The notes below the pieces were generated by a model. That model did not search any database and was not told where the DNA came from. It saw only the letters and a list, made by a program, of their open reading frames with translations. This document shows positions 19,001-28,482 of a DNA stretch of 64,000 nucleotides, one piece after another. The translations under genes were made by a program, and so were the position numbers. How positions within the stretch are numbered: position 1 is the first letter of the stretch; every line of letters begins with the position of its first letter. The stretch lies in the sequence record SRR31156797_401, one strand, 5' to 3'.

Positions 19001-19408
19001 TTTGCCTATCCGTGCGCCACTTCCGTTCCGGGACTCTTTCTTGCTGAACCACCCGGTATCAACGTTTCCAAACTTAAAAAAGGCGCTGCAGCAGCGATAA
19101 TGGCAGCATCGGCCCTGCCTAGAGGTCCAAGGCAAAGTAAAGGGTTTACTGTGGTTGTCAATCAGAAACTCTGCCGGGGATGCGGTCGGTGCTCAACCGT
19201 CTGCCCGTACCATGCCGTCACCTTTCATCAAAACCAAACCGGCGGCTGGCAGTCCTCCGTGGACGAAGCTATCTGCAAGGGTTGTGGCAACTGCATTTCT
19301 GTCTGCCCAACCGGAGCTGCCGACAGCCCCTATCGAAACCGAGAATACCTTGAGCAGACCCTCGAAGAAATATTAAGCAACCAGGACATCCATGACCATG
19401 CACAATAA
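16010..19408 (+). CDS. HdrL-like multidomain flavoprotein: degenerate HdrA modules surrounding a GltD/NfnB-like pyridine-nucleotide oxidoreductase, with several Fe-S sites
   Basis: CTLCGKCAATCP; GltD-like CQANCP...CGRICTHPCEDAC, IIGSGPAG, GGMLRYGI, VIGDGNSA, AAGDAVSGP; EAQRCLQCGACSECFQC; HdrA N-terminal-like RIGVFVCRC; C-terminal CRGCGRCSTVCP and CKGCGNCISVCP. Confidence 0.85.
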   Translation: MKRAKERLQRVIVIGATPEGIAATNKLGELGVPVTLIESEPDIDHKLTADRFRLRSGLSFNYAYRPGLIRIMRNSAIRSILPARISSIKHTPQGFSVRAVQEQTFIDPDKCTLCGKCAATCPVTTCEGLSPITFHSRVALPGRPFIDKRQQPLCQANCPLGVNAQGYVALAAQGRYQEALDLIREQNVLPGICGRICTHPCEDACRRGEIDEAVSIRAIKRFVADYVEGDSKEASTAAPITAPQKRAEKIAIIGSGPAGLAAAAELAKFGYAVTIFEKETAIGGMLRYGIGSHRLPETILNRELEYIKRLGVNIVNDSKVALEDDLASLQEQYQAVIVGTGTWYDRKLGVPGEDLSGIEGCISFLGSEKVHNIDKLNEKIAVIGDGNSAFDLARTLTRLGAEVTLVSWFGKDQIPADPDEVREAIEEGITIIDQTQVTGFIGENNRFTALECRKTKQGKPDTNGIAWPVLDDQHAPSALEFDRAFVAVGQVGGFSPDNTTLPFKITDHGFIATDAAQRTSTNALYAAGDAVSGPSSVVHAMASGKRAAAAIHEDLSGETVLSPLTRPEQKDFTSIPPDIAWHKRPEMAEKEAGEREKDFTEVALGLSKQQVEEEAQRCLQCGACSECFQCIEACGALKAIDHIQHEQEIKEQGGVLIVADPAMATNIKGEDVIRAYGPRAARADVNDMTVRGFAAAGKAMLLLSDTARKKTKGHGLAFAMPDAGLSPESRIGVFVCRCNDSLGWMDGMTTHLKEQETIDPAIVHIEELTSACVSEGIDAIIKATREKDLTRIVLGSCVCCPLNFVCSSCTDQRSRLKDKLFHGTGISRSMVETSNLRGEILRLVKSNPQLAMKRFQGLLHRSIERAKILKPLPAVDRNYNFTAAVIGNSEATLTSAVHLAKTGHDVFRFGTREQPLTEPTPNDNIHSFTGWDVKALSGTIGDFQILIESGQERQVIRAGTVILGDKARRSLPYTHQEGLPTCNIEPLLQQKGVAGIPFAYPCATSVPGLFLAEPPGINVSKLKKGAAAAIMAASALPRGPRQSKGFTVVVNQKLCRGCGRCSTVCPYHAVTFHQNQTGGWQSSVDEAICKGCGNCISVCPTGAADSPYRNREYLEQTLEEILSNQDIHDHAQ

Positions 19409-21008
19409 AGAGTCCTCACCTATTAAAATTATTTTATTCCTCTGCAACTGGGGAGCCCATGCTGCCTATCAAACCCTGCAGGATGAACAGCGCCCCATCC
19501 CGGATGAAGTGCATATGGTTCGAATTCCCTGTACAGGAAGAATCGACCGTGCCCTGCTGCTCAAAGCATTTGCCATGGGGGGGGACGGGGTAGCCCTTGT
19601 CGGTTGTGATCCGGGCACCTGTAGATATGGTACAGGAACTGCCACAGCGCAGCGCAACACCAAAGACACAGGGATGATTCTGGACCTTATGGGTCTTGGC
19701 AGCGAAAGGCTGCGTTTTGCATCTTTTCTGCCGGACGAATCAGATAACCTGCTGCTCTTTCTCGAAACCTTCCTCCAGGACCTCCAACAACGGGGTAAAA
19801 CCAGTATCCAACCTGCACCAGGAGCGCACCCGGTCGACAACATCCCAATGAGTGCAGGAGCGGAGCTGCAGAAACTGATTGCCACCCATGACATTTATGC
19901 CTGCCAGGATTGCGGAAAATGTTCTTCTGCCTGTCCTCTCGCCCTGATAGGCAAACCTTTTTCAGCACGCGGCATCGCCACTGCAGCCATTACAGGTAAC
20001 CTCAATGATGCCGGGGTTAAGGAAAATGTATGGTCCTGCCTGACCTGCGGTTTATGCTTTGAGCGGTGTCCTTCTGCTGTCAACTTTCCTGAATTTATTA
20101 AAGAGCTACGCCATCTTTACAAACAAAACGACAAACATGGCGACGAAACCCATGGTGGTTTTCTTCACGCGCTGATGCGTTCCATGGCTTCGCCTGAGCT
20201 GACTCCCAACAGGTGGCAGAACATCCCCAAGGAGCTGCAGGTCGACCAGAAGAGCAACATCCTCTTTTATGGTGGGTGCGCGCCTTATTATGACATTTTT
20301 TTCAACAAACACCTGGATGTACAAACAGAAAAAATCCTGTTTGATGCCATCAGACTGCTCAACTTCTTTGACGTCCACCCACGGTTGCTCAAAGATGAAC
20401 GCTGCTGCGGTCACGATCTGCTCTGGTCTGGCGACAACGAATATTTCCTTGAAATTGCACGCCTCAATGTCGACAAATTAAACAGCCTTGGCATTGACAC
20501 CATGATCACTTCCTGTCCCGAGTGCTACATGACATTTAACACAACCTATCCGGCACACGGATTGGAACTTAATTTCAAGGTTATACACTTGTACGAATTC
20601 CTTGAAAAAGAGATTGACCGCTCTGCGGTCAGCTTCAAGCCATTGGATAAAAACATTACTTTCCAGGATTCCTGTCGCCTCACTCGCCTTGAAGGCAAGC
20701 CCGAGTTGCCCCGTCTGCTGCTGGAGCGGCTCGCTCCTGAGTCTTTTCAAGAGATGCAGGAATCTGGTAAAGCCGCTGTCTGTTGCGGCAATAGTGCATG
20801 GACCGGATGCGATGCATACAGCAAGGCAATGCAGGTAAAGCGCCTGGAGCAGGCCCGGGATACGGGAGCGGATCTCCTGGTTACAGCCTGCCCCAAATGC
20901 CAGATCCATCTCAAATGTGCCATGGAAGATCCATTACGGCTCAACAAGTTATCTATCGACATGCAGGATCTCACCAGCGTGATCGCGCAAAGTATCAGCT
21001 GGAAATAA
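19392..21008 (+). CDS. MvhD-like [2Fe-2S] domain fused to an HdrD-like region (2x[4Fe-4S] + two CCG domains)
   Basis: FLCNW, RIPCTGR, GCDPGTCRY, ERL; CQDCGKCSSACP, CLTCGLCFERCP; ERCCGH...SCPEC; QDSC...VCCGN...ACPKC. Confidence 0.9.
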   Translation: MTMHNKESSPIKIILFLCNWGAHAAYQTLQDEQRPIPDEVHMVRIPCTGRIDRALLLKAFAMGGDGVALVGCDPGTCRYGTGTATAQRNTKDTGMILDLMGLGSERLRFASFLPDESDNLLLFLETFLQDLQQRGKTSIQPAPGAHPVDNIPMSAGAELQKLIATHDIYACQDCGKCSSACPLALIGKPFSARGIATAAITGNLNDAGVKENVWSCLTCGLCFERCPSAVNFPEFIKELRHLYKQNDKHGDETHGGFLHALMRSMASPELTPNRWQNIPKELQVDQKSNILFYGGCAPYYDIFFNKHLDVQTEKILFDAIRLLNFFDVHPRLLKDERCCGHDLLWSGDNEYFLEIARLNVDKLNSLGIDTMITSCPECYMTFNTTYPAHGLELNFKVIHLYEFLEKEIDRSAVSFKPLDKNITFQDSCRLTRLEGKPELPRLLLERLAPESFQEMQESGKAAVCCGNSAWTGCDAYSKAMQVKRLEQARDTGADLLVTACPKCQIHLKCAMEDPLRLNKLSIDMQDLTSVIAQSISWK

Positions 21009-21029
21009 TCATATAAGCGGAGAATTCCC

Positions 21030-23459
21030 ATGACCCCAACCAACCCTCGTCAAAAATCCGCAGGGGACGAAGCTACGCCCCGCATAGGTGTCTATGTATG
21101 CCATTGCGGACTCAATATAGCCCAATCTGTAAACTGCCCACAGGTAGCAGAAACAGCCTCTGCAGCCAACGACGTTGTTCTGTCCAAGGATATTACCTAT
21201 GCCTGCTCTGAGCCAGGCCAGCAGGAAATAAAGCAGGACATTCTTGACAATCAGCTGGATCGGGTTGTTATCGCTTCCTGCTCTCCCCGGCTACATGAGC
21301 CAACCTTTAAGCAGATGGTGCAGGATGCAGGGCTTAATCCCTACATGATGGAAATGGCCAACCTGCGGGAACAGTGCTCTTGGGTGCATATGAACGATGT
21401 CGAGAATGCCACCCGCAAGGCAGAAACCCTGGTGGACATGGCGGTTTCCAGAGTACGTCATCTTGCCCCACTGACAGAAGAAACCATGCCTCTCATCAAA
21501 AAGACCATGGTCATTGGCGGTGGTATTGCCGGAATCCAGGCTGCCCTAGATCTTGCAGACTGTGGCTATGAGGTCACCTTGGTGGAAAAGCAACCTTCCA
21601 TCGGTGGAATGATGGCTCGGCTGGACAAGACCTTTCCAACCATGGACTGCTCGATCTGAATACTCGGTCCTAAGATGACGGATGCCGGTCGGCATCCAAA
21701 AATAAAGCTCCTGACCTTAAGTGAGGTCGTGGATGTGAAAGGCTATGTCGGTAATTTTGATGTTAAAATTATCAAAAAGGCAAAATATGTTGACGAGACC
21801 GCCTGTACGGCCTGCGGCGATTGTGCCACGGTCTGCCCTGTGGTACGTCCAGATGAATTTGACATGGGACTTGCTTCGCGTAAGGCCATCTACAGCCCGT
21901 TTCCCCAAGCTGTCCCATCGTCCTACCTTATCAATATTAATGAGTGCTTGGGACACAATCCGGCGGTTTGCTCAAAATGTATTGATGTATGTGATAAAAA
22001 ATGCATCAATTTCCATATGTCAGATGAGGAAATTACTGAGCATGTTGGCTCTATTATTGTCGCCACCGGATTGGAGCCCTATGACCCCACCGAACTTGAC
22101 GAATACGGGTACACCCGATTTGAAAACGTATTGACCAGCCTTGAGTTCGAGCGCCTGGTCAACGCCGGAGGACCATCAAAAGGCAACCTGGTTCGACCGA
22201 CAGACAGGAAAACACCGAAATCGGTCGGCTTCATTCAGTGCGTCGGTTCAAGGTCGCTCAGGAAAGGGGAGGAATACTGTTCCAACATCTGCTGCATGAA
22301 CACCATCAAGTCCACTTTGGTGCTCAAAGAGCATTACCCGGACATGGAAGTCAAGGTGTTTTATATTGATATCCGTGCCTTTGGTAAAGGATTTGAGGAC
22401 CTGTATACCAGGAGCCGCAGGTTAGGGGTCAAGTTCATACGAGGCCTGCCAGGATCTCTTGAAGAAACAGCAGATAATACCATGCGAGTTGCCGTTGAAA
22501 ACTCAGCCACCGGCAAACTGGAATTCCATGAACTGGATATGCTGGTACTCGCCTTAGGTGTACAACCAGCACCCAGCACCCAACGGCTCCAAGAAATCAT
22601 GGGGCTGCAGCTGACTCCAGACGGATTCTATCTGGAAGCCCATCCGAAGCTGCAGCCGGTGGATGCCGCCACCCGTGGTATTTTCTATGCCGGATGCGCC
22701 GAAGGTCCAAAAGACATAAAGGAAAGTGTTACCCAGGCTTCGGCTGCAGCTGTCAGGGCAATCCGCCTGATGCATAAAGGCGAAATCACCTCTGAACCAA
22801 TCACCTCAGAGATTGTGGTTGAGAAATGCAAAGCCTGCGGAAAATGTGCAGAGGTTTGCCCTTATAATGCAATTTCGGTTGATGTCAAAAACAAGAAGCC
22901 AGCGGTGGTTAATTCAGCGGCGTGTGCCGGTTGCGGTACCTGTGCAGCAGAATGCCACTTTGATGCCATTATCATGAACCATTACACTGACCAGCAGATT
23001 CTCGGTCAGGTGGACGCCATGCTCACCACTGAGCCGGAAACCAAAATACTGGTCTTTGCCTGCAACTGGTGTTCCTATGCTGGGGCAGATTACGCAGGTG
23101 TAGGCAGGTTGCAGTATCCTGCCAATGCGCATTTGGTGAGAGTAATGTGTTCGGGAAGAGTAGATGAGAAATTCATCTGGGAAGGATTTCGCGGCGGGGC
23201 ACCGGTGGTGCTTGTCAGCGGTTGCCACATTGGTGACTGCCACTACATCGATGCCAATCACTGGACCGAAAAGAGGGTAACGAAACTGCACAAAAAAATG
23301 AAACGGCTCGGCATCCGACCGGAAAGGCTGCAACTGGAGTGGATCAGTGCGGCTGAGGGTATCCGCTTTGCAGACAAAATGAAGGAGATGGAAGCATTAA
23401 GAAAGAGTGTCTCTGCCGAGGAGATCGAAGACACCATAGAACTGCTGACAAAACTGTGA
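21030..23459 (+). CDS. hdrA: Selenocysteine-containing HdrA with C-terminal MvhD fusion (809 aa, U210)
   Basis: The track ORFs 21030..21659 and 21675..23459 are in frame. The junction reads LDKTFPTMDCSI-TGA-ILGPKMTD, where HdrA normally has DKTFPTxDCxxC-I-L-x-P-K-M, and a SECIS-like hairpin follows. Intact GGGIAG, QCVGSR, YCSNICC and GPKDI; C-terminal CNWCSY, CSGR and GCHIGDCHY. Confidence 0.93.
21680..21697 (+). promoter_or_regulatory. Bacterial SECIS element for hdrA
   Basis: GGATGCC-GGTC-GGCATCC perfect hairpin; the loop begins 27 nt after TGA 21657-21659. Confidence 0.85.
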
Positions 23460-23605
23460 GCCTGCTGAAAACATTGCTTCAATAAAAAAAAGAGGTATAT
23501 TTCTTTTATTAGCGAAGGCAAGCGAGGCTCATGGCCTCTTTCTTGCTTCTCTCTGTCCACAAGGCAGGGTTGAAAACAGACTCATTTAAACTGACATTAC
23601 AAACA

Positions 23606-23782
23606 ATGATAAAAAAAGAACTACTTGATATACTTGCCTGCCCCAAATGCAAGGGACCGGTAGAGAGTGATGAACAACAAAGCAGCCTCATCTGTCGTAA
23701 CTGTAGACTGGTCTACCCTGTTAAAGATGATATTCCTATCATGCTGATCGACGAGGCCACCTCCCTTGAGGAAACCAACTGA
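23606..23782 (+). CDS. Trm112/YcaR-family small zinc-ribbon protein
   Basis: LLDILACPKCKG...LICRNCRLVYPVKDDIPIMLIDEA; start ATG 23606 (the track start at 23531 is too long). Confidence 0.9.
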   Translation: MIKKELLDILACPKCKGPVESDEQQSSLICRNCRLVYPVKDDIPIMLIDEATSLEETN

Positions 23783-23816
23783 CAGTTGGTTGACAGGTAA
23801 CTACTTTTTAGTAAAC

Positions 23817-23849
23817 AAAAAAGCCCCGGTCATTGACCGGGGCTTTTTT
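23817..23849. terminator. Bidirectional intrinsic terminator
   Basis: AAAAAAGCCCCGGTC-ATT-GACCGGGGCTTTTTT between convergent genes. Confidence 0.9.
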
Positions 23850-23873
23850 GTTTGATCAACCCAACACTTTTTC

Positions 23874-26327
23874 TCAGGGCGTTATCCCCATTTCTTTTTC
23901 TTTCTTGGCAATCTCCAACCTGGTTTTGACCACCGTATCAGAAACCAAGCTAATAGAGTCAATCCCCTCCTCTACCAAAAAAGTGGCAAAGTCAGGAAAG
24001 TCAGAAGGTCCCTGACCACAGATACCTATCTTCTTGCCCCGCCTTTTAGCGGTCTTAATCACCATCTTGATCAAGGTCTTAACTGCCTCATTGCGCTCAT
24101 CATAGATATGTGAAACCAGGTCAGAATCACGGTCCAAGCCAAGGGTCAACTGGGTCAAATCGTTTGACCCTATGGAAAAACCGTCAAATACATCGGCAAA
24201 GGCGTCAGCGGAAATAACATTCGACGGAATTTCGCACATCACATAGACCTCAAGCCCGTTTTCTCCCTGCACAAGCCCGAATTCCCGCATCACTTCAATC
24301 ACTCGCCGTCCCTCTTCTGGGGTTCGACAAAACGGGACCATCAGTTTGATATTGTCAAGCCCCATATCATTCCTTGCCTTGAGCAGAGCTTTACATTCGA
24401 GTTCAAAAGCGACTTTATACCTGGAGTCATAATAGCGGGATGCTCCGCGCCATCCGATCATTGGATTTGATTCCTCAGGCTCATAGAGATAACCGCCGAT
24501 CAAATTGGCATATTCATTGGATTTAAAGTCCGAGAGACGGACAATAACATCTCTTGGGTAGAATCCGGCAGCAATTCTTCCAACTCCCTCTGCCAGCTTG
24601 TCGATAAAATACTGGCGTTTGTCGTCAGATGAGTAGGCACTTGTTTTGTAATTGATATCCTCGATCACATCCCATATTTCATCATCATCCTTGGCCTCTT
24701 CGCATAACTCCTCGTAATTATAAAGCGCCAGCGGATGAATACCAATATGGGAGTTAATAATGAACTCCTCACGAGCCAGCCCCACCCCTTCGTTGGGAAT
24801 CTGTCCCTCGACAAAGGCCTTTTCCGGCAGACCAACGTTCATCATCACCTTGGTCCGGGTAGCTGGAATATTTTCAAGATCCAGAGTCTCTATGCTAAAA
24901 TCAAGCAACCCTTCATAGATGTACCCGGTCTCTCCCTCAGCGCATGAGGCCGTTACCTCCTGACCATCCTTGACCACCTCGGTACCGTCTTCTGTACCGA
25001 TAACACACGGAATCCCAAGCTCTCGTGAAATAATAGCAGCATGGCAGGTTCTCCCACCACGATTGGTGACAATGGCACTGGCTATTTTCATGATCGGCTC
25101 CCAATCCGGATCGGTCATGTCTGTAACCAGAATTTCACCTGCCTGAAAGTCATGCATCTGACTCACATCATGCAGGATTCGCGTCTTCCCCTTACCGATC
25201 TTGGCGCCAACGGCCTGCCCAGTGGTTAAAACCGGCCCCTTCTCTTTAATGAGATAGGTTTCCAAAACTTTTTTACTTGCCTGGGAATGCACGGTCTCTG
25301 GACGGGCCTGTACAATAAAGAGACCCCCTGTACCTACAGTTTCACCATCGCCATCTTTAGCCCATTCAATATCCATAGCGCGGCCATAGTGCTCCTCAAT
25401 AATGCATGCCCAGCGGGAAAGCTGCAGTATTTCGTCATCACTCAACACATAGCTGCCCCTTTCTAGAGCAGTCGTATCCACATTGATGACCGATTCTTCA
25501 GCATCAGGATCCTGGTTGTAGATCATCTTGATCTCTTTAGTGCCAACCCGTTTACCGACTATGGGCCGTTTCCCCTGCTTGAGCGTTGGTTTGAACACAT
25601 AGTATTCATCAGGGTTCACCGCTCCCTGAACCACATTTTCCCCAAGCCCCCACGCTGCAGTCAAAAAGACAGCATCCTTAAAGCCAGACTCTGTATCGAT
25701 CGAAAATAAAACCCCAGAAGAAGCAGAATCGGAACGCACCATTTTCTGGACAACAATGGAAAGATACACATCAAACTGGCTAAACCCTTTGTCATGGCGG
25801 TAGGAAATGGCCCGATTGGTAAAAAGAGAGGCAAAGCAGCGCTTACAGGCATCAATAAGTGCCTCAGGTCCGCGAATATTAAGGTAGGTATCCTGCTGCC
25901 CTGCAAAAGAGGCATCTGGCAGATCCTCGGCAGTTGCCGACGAGCGAACCGCTACATCGACATCTTCCCCATACTGCTCTTCCATCTTTCGATACGCGGC
26001 AATGATGGCCTCACGCAAATCATTGGGAAAAGCGGCATTGCGAATGATCTCCCGCACCTTTGCCCCACGCTCCTGGAGGTTATGCAAATCGTGGGTATCG
26101 AGATCTGCAAGCGTTTCTCTGATAGCACTTTCAAGTCCTGCGTCCTTCAACAGGTGTTGATAGGCATAGGCGGTGATGGCGTACCCATTGGGCACCACCA
26201 CCCCCTGAGCATCCAGATTGCGGTACATTTCTCCAAGGGAGGCGTTTTTTCCGCCAACCATGGGCACATCGTTAATGCCTATTTCATCAAACCAGAGAAT
26301 AAGTTCCTTCTCGTGTCCTTTTTCCAT
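23874..26327 (-). CDS. ppsA: Phosphoenolpyruvate synthase
   Basis: VGGKNASLGEM, AVRSSATAEDLPDASFAGQQ, phospho-His loop GGRTCHAAIISRELG, MCEIPSN, FSIGSNDLTQ, GICGQGPSD. Confidence 0.97.
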   Translation of the reverse strand: MEKGHEKELILWFDEIGINDVPMVGGKNASLGEMYRNLDAQGVVVPNGYAITAYAYQHLLKDAGLESAIRETLADLDTHDLHNLQERGAKVREIIRNAAFPNDLREAIIAAYRKMEEQYGEDVDVAVRSSATAEDLPDASFAGQQDTYLNIRGPEALIDACKRCFASLFTNRAISYRHDKGFSQFDVYLSIVVQKMVRSDSASSGVLFSIDTESGFKDAVFLTAAWGLGENVVQGAVNPDEYYVFKPTLKQGKRPIVGKRVGTKEIKMIYNQDPDAEESVINVDTTALERGSYVLSDDEILQLSRWACIIEEHYGRAMDIEWAKDGDGETVGTGGLFIVQARPETVHSQASKKVLETYLIKEKGPVLTTGQAVGAKIGKGKTRILHDVSQMHDFQAGEILVTDMTDPDWEPIMKIASAIVTNRGGRTCHAAIISRELGIPCVIGTEDGTEVVKDGQEVTASCAEGETGYIYEGLLDFSIETLDLENIPATRTKVMMNVGLPEKAFVEGQIPNEGVGLAREEFIINSHIGIHPLALYNYEELCEEAKDDDEIWDVIEDINYKTSAYSSDDKRQYFIDKLAEGVGRIAAGFYPRDVIVRLSDFKSNEYANLIGGYLYEPEESNPMIGWRGASRYYDSRYKVAFELECKALLKARNDMGLDNIKLMVPFCRTPEEGRRVIEVMREFGLVQGENGLEVYVMCEIPSNVISADAFADVFDGFSIGSNDLTQLTLGLDRDSDLVSHIYDERNEAVKTLIKMVIKTAKRRGKKIGICGQGPSDFPDFATFLVEEGIDSISLVSDTVVKTRLEIAKKEKEMGITP

Positions 26328-26608
26328 TTGTTTTCCTCACTTCATTATGTCTTACAGCACCTTCCATCCGAATTAAAACAATACCTTGCAAACTACTTTC
26401 CATTCTGTCAAATACCATATGCACAAAAGAGCTATTGAGATTTCGTCAGGTGCAAAAAAAAAGCTAAACACACCTGCTCCACATAGAGCGACAACCCATA
26501 TATTGCCATTCCTCCAGTGAAGCATTATACTCCAATCTCGATAGCACACATACAACCAAAATACTCGACTAAAATGGAGTTTAACGCCACATTCAAAGAG
26601 GTATTGAC

Positions 26609-28369
26609 ATGATGAGTAATAAGGAACAAGCAGCTGCCATTGCAGAGCGTTACACTGTCCCCGACAATCATGCGGCCAGTGACTATTTTGCGGCGCTTAA
26701 TGAATTAGTCCAGCAAAGAAAGGCAGCACAAAGCGAACAGGATATAGCATCCTGGCAAACCGAAATAGATGCTGTCTACGCACTGCTTGAAGATGAAATA
26801 CTCACCAACCCCTCTCTTCCGGTAAGTGAAGTAAAATTCGGCACTTCAGGTTGGCGGGGAACACTTGGCAAAGACATCTTTCTCAAGTCTGTCGCTACCG
26901 TTACCTGTGCGATCTTAAACCTTTACAAAGAAGGACAAGAGAATCTCGAAATCTTTACAGCACTGGGAAATCTGGATTTTGCCACAATGCAGCAACGCGG
27001 ATGTGTTATTGGCTTTGACAACCGTTTTGGCGGCGAACTCCTTGCCCTGGCAGCGGCTAACGTACTGAGCGCAAACAAGGTGAAGGTTTTTTATGCCGGA
27101 GAATCTACCACCGGCGCCCTCTCCGCCTCTGTCCTCCAGCACCAAGCAGCATTTTCCATCAACCTGACCCCCAGCCACAACCCCATGCAGTATGGCGGCT
27201 TCAAATTCAATGCTGCGGATGCAGGTCCTGCGGCAGCTGTACTTACAGATGCCATCACCGATACTGCCAACCAGTATCTAACAGCAGGTACCAATCCATA
27301 CCTGCAGGGAATAATTGACTTACAGACCCCACTGACAGAACTCGCAGATATCATAAAAGAAGATGCCCTGGAAAGCTGGCAGCAACTGGTGCAACAAAAT
27401 GAAAACAAGCATGGCATAGTATACAAGCAGCTCCTAGCAAACCTGGCTGCCAACGAGAATCTTGTCGTTTGTGTTGATGCTGTACATGGCGCTTCGCGAG
27501 ACTACATACCCCGACTTCTCGGCGAGCCTCCACAGCAAAGGCTCCTCCTTCTTCGCGATACTCCTGATCCGACCTTTGACGGTATCGCCCCTGAACCATC
27601 ATCTGCTAATATGCAGCCGGTGCTTGCTGCTCTGAAAGCACAAACGGCGCCCTTAAAAATTGGTGCTATTATTGATCCGGACGGAGATCGAATTCGCTTT
27701 ACCGACGGTGACATTGAAATCTCTATGAACCAATTCGGTGCCATGGCATACCACTTTGTGCATGAGGTCAAACAAAAAAAGGGGATGGTCGCCAAAACCG
27801 TTGCCACCAGTAATTTGGCTAACGGTATCGCCACCAAACTGGGAGAAGATATTTTTGAACCCAGGGTTGGTTTCAAGGAATTCAAACCGGCCATGGGAAA
27901 AGCGCTCGTTTTTTTTGAAGAATCAGACGGCATTTCCATCATTGGCCACACCCCTGAAAAAGATGCCTTTATCGGCCTGATTCTGGCCATCGATATGGTG
28001 CTCACCCTTGGCATTTCACTGGGGCAATACCTCAATCAGATAGAAAACTCTTTCGGACATTACTATCCTGACCGGGATGGTATTGCGGTTAGCCAGAGCG
28101 GTCAGGAGCTGCTTAACACCCTGCAACAACTGGAAAGATACAAGCGAAATAAGGAAATTATTGTAGGGGGATATCCTAAAAGAATTGAACAGGTTATTGA
28201 TATTGATGGACGCAAGATGATTTTTGAGGATGGTTCGTGGATAATGATCCGCCCTTCCGGAACAGAACCCAAGGTCCGGTTTTATGTCGAGGCAAGAGAT
28301 GCTCAGGAAACAGCATTACTTACAAAAAGTGCACATTCAATGCTTGCCGAAATAGGACTCCTGCCATAG
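26609..28369 (+). CDS. Phosphoglucomutase/phosphomannomutase family protein
   Basis: KFGTSGWRG, TPSHNP, DPDGDR, FEESDG, IRPSGTEPK. Confidence 0.92.
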   Translation: MMSNKEQAAAIAERYTVPDNHAASDYFAALNELVQQRKAAQSEQDIASWQTEIDAVYALLEDEILTNPSLPVSEVKFGTSGWRGTLGKDIFLKSVATVTCAILNLYKEGQENLEIFTALGNLDFATMQQRGCVIGFDNRFGGELLALAAANVLSANKVKVFYAGESTTGALSASVLQHQAAFSINLTPSHNPMQYGGFKFNAADAGPAAAVLTDAITDTANQYLTAGTNPYLQGIIDLQTPLTELADIIKEDALESWQQLVQQNENKHGIVYKQLLANLAANENLVVCVDAVHGASRDYIPRLLGEPPQQRLLLLRDTPDPTFDGIAPEPSSANMQPVLAALKAQTAPLKIGAIIDPDGDRIRFTDGDIEISMNQFGAMAYHFVHEVKQKKGMVAKTVATSNLANGIATKLGEDIFEPRVGFKEFKPAMGKALVFFEESDGISIIGHTPEKDAFIGLILAIDMVLTLGISLGQYLNQIENSFGHYYPDRDGIAVSQSGQELLNTLQQLERYKRNKEIIVGGYPKRIEQVIDIDGRKMIFEDGSWIMIRPSGTEPKVRFYVEARDAQETALLTKSAHSMLAEIGLLP

Positions 28370-28399
28370 AGTTAACCGGAAATATTGATCAAAAGAAGT

Positions 28400-28408
28400 T
28401 GTTATAAT
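28400..28408 (+). promoter_or_regulatory. Extended -10 promoter candidate for nifU-nifS-thyX
   Basis: TGTTATAAT (TGn + TATAAT) ~75 bp upstream of the nifU ATG. Confidence 0.5.
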
Positions 28409-28482
28409 GGCTGACAGGCTTATGCTACGCTCGTCAAACCTCTTTTGTTCGACACAAAAACAACAACTTAGAGATTTACACC

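Noticed and set aside
21030-21659. Interpretation as an hdrA pseudogene or two separate genes
   Set aside because: The TGA sits exactly at a conserved Cys, the frame continues, and a SECIS hairpin follows.
25794-26438. Long antisense ORFs (e.g. 25794..26438, 16870..17547, 45168..45743, 52279..52740)
   Set aside because: They shadow well-supported genes on the opposite strand and carry no recognisable motifs.
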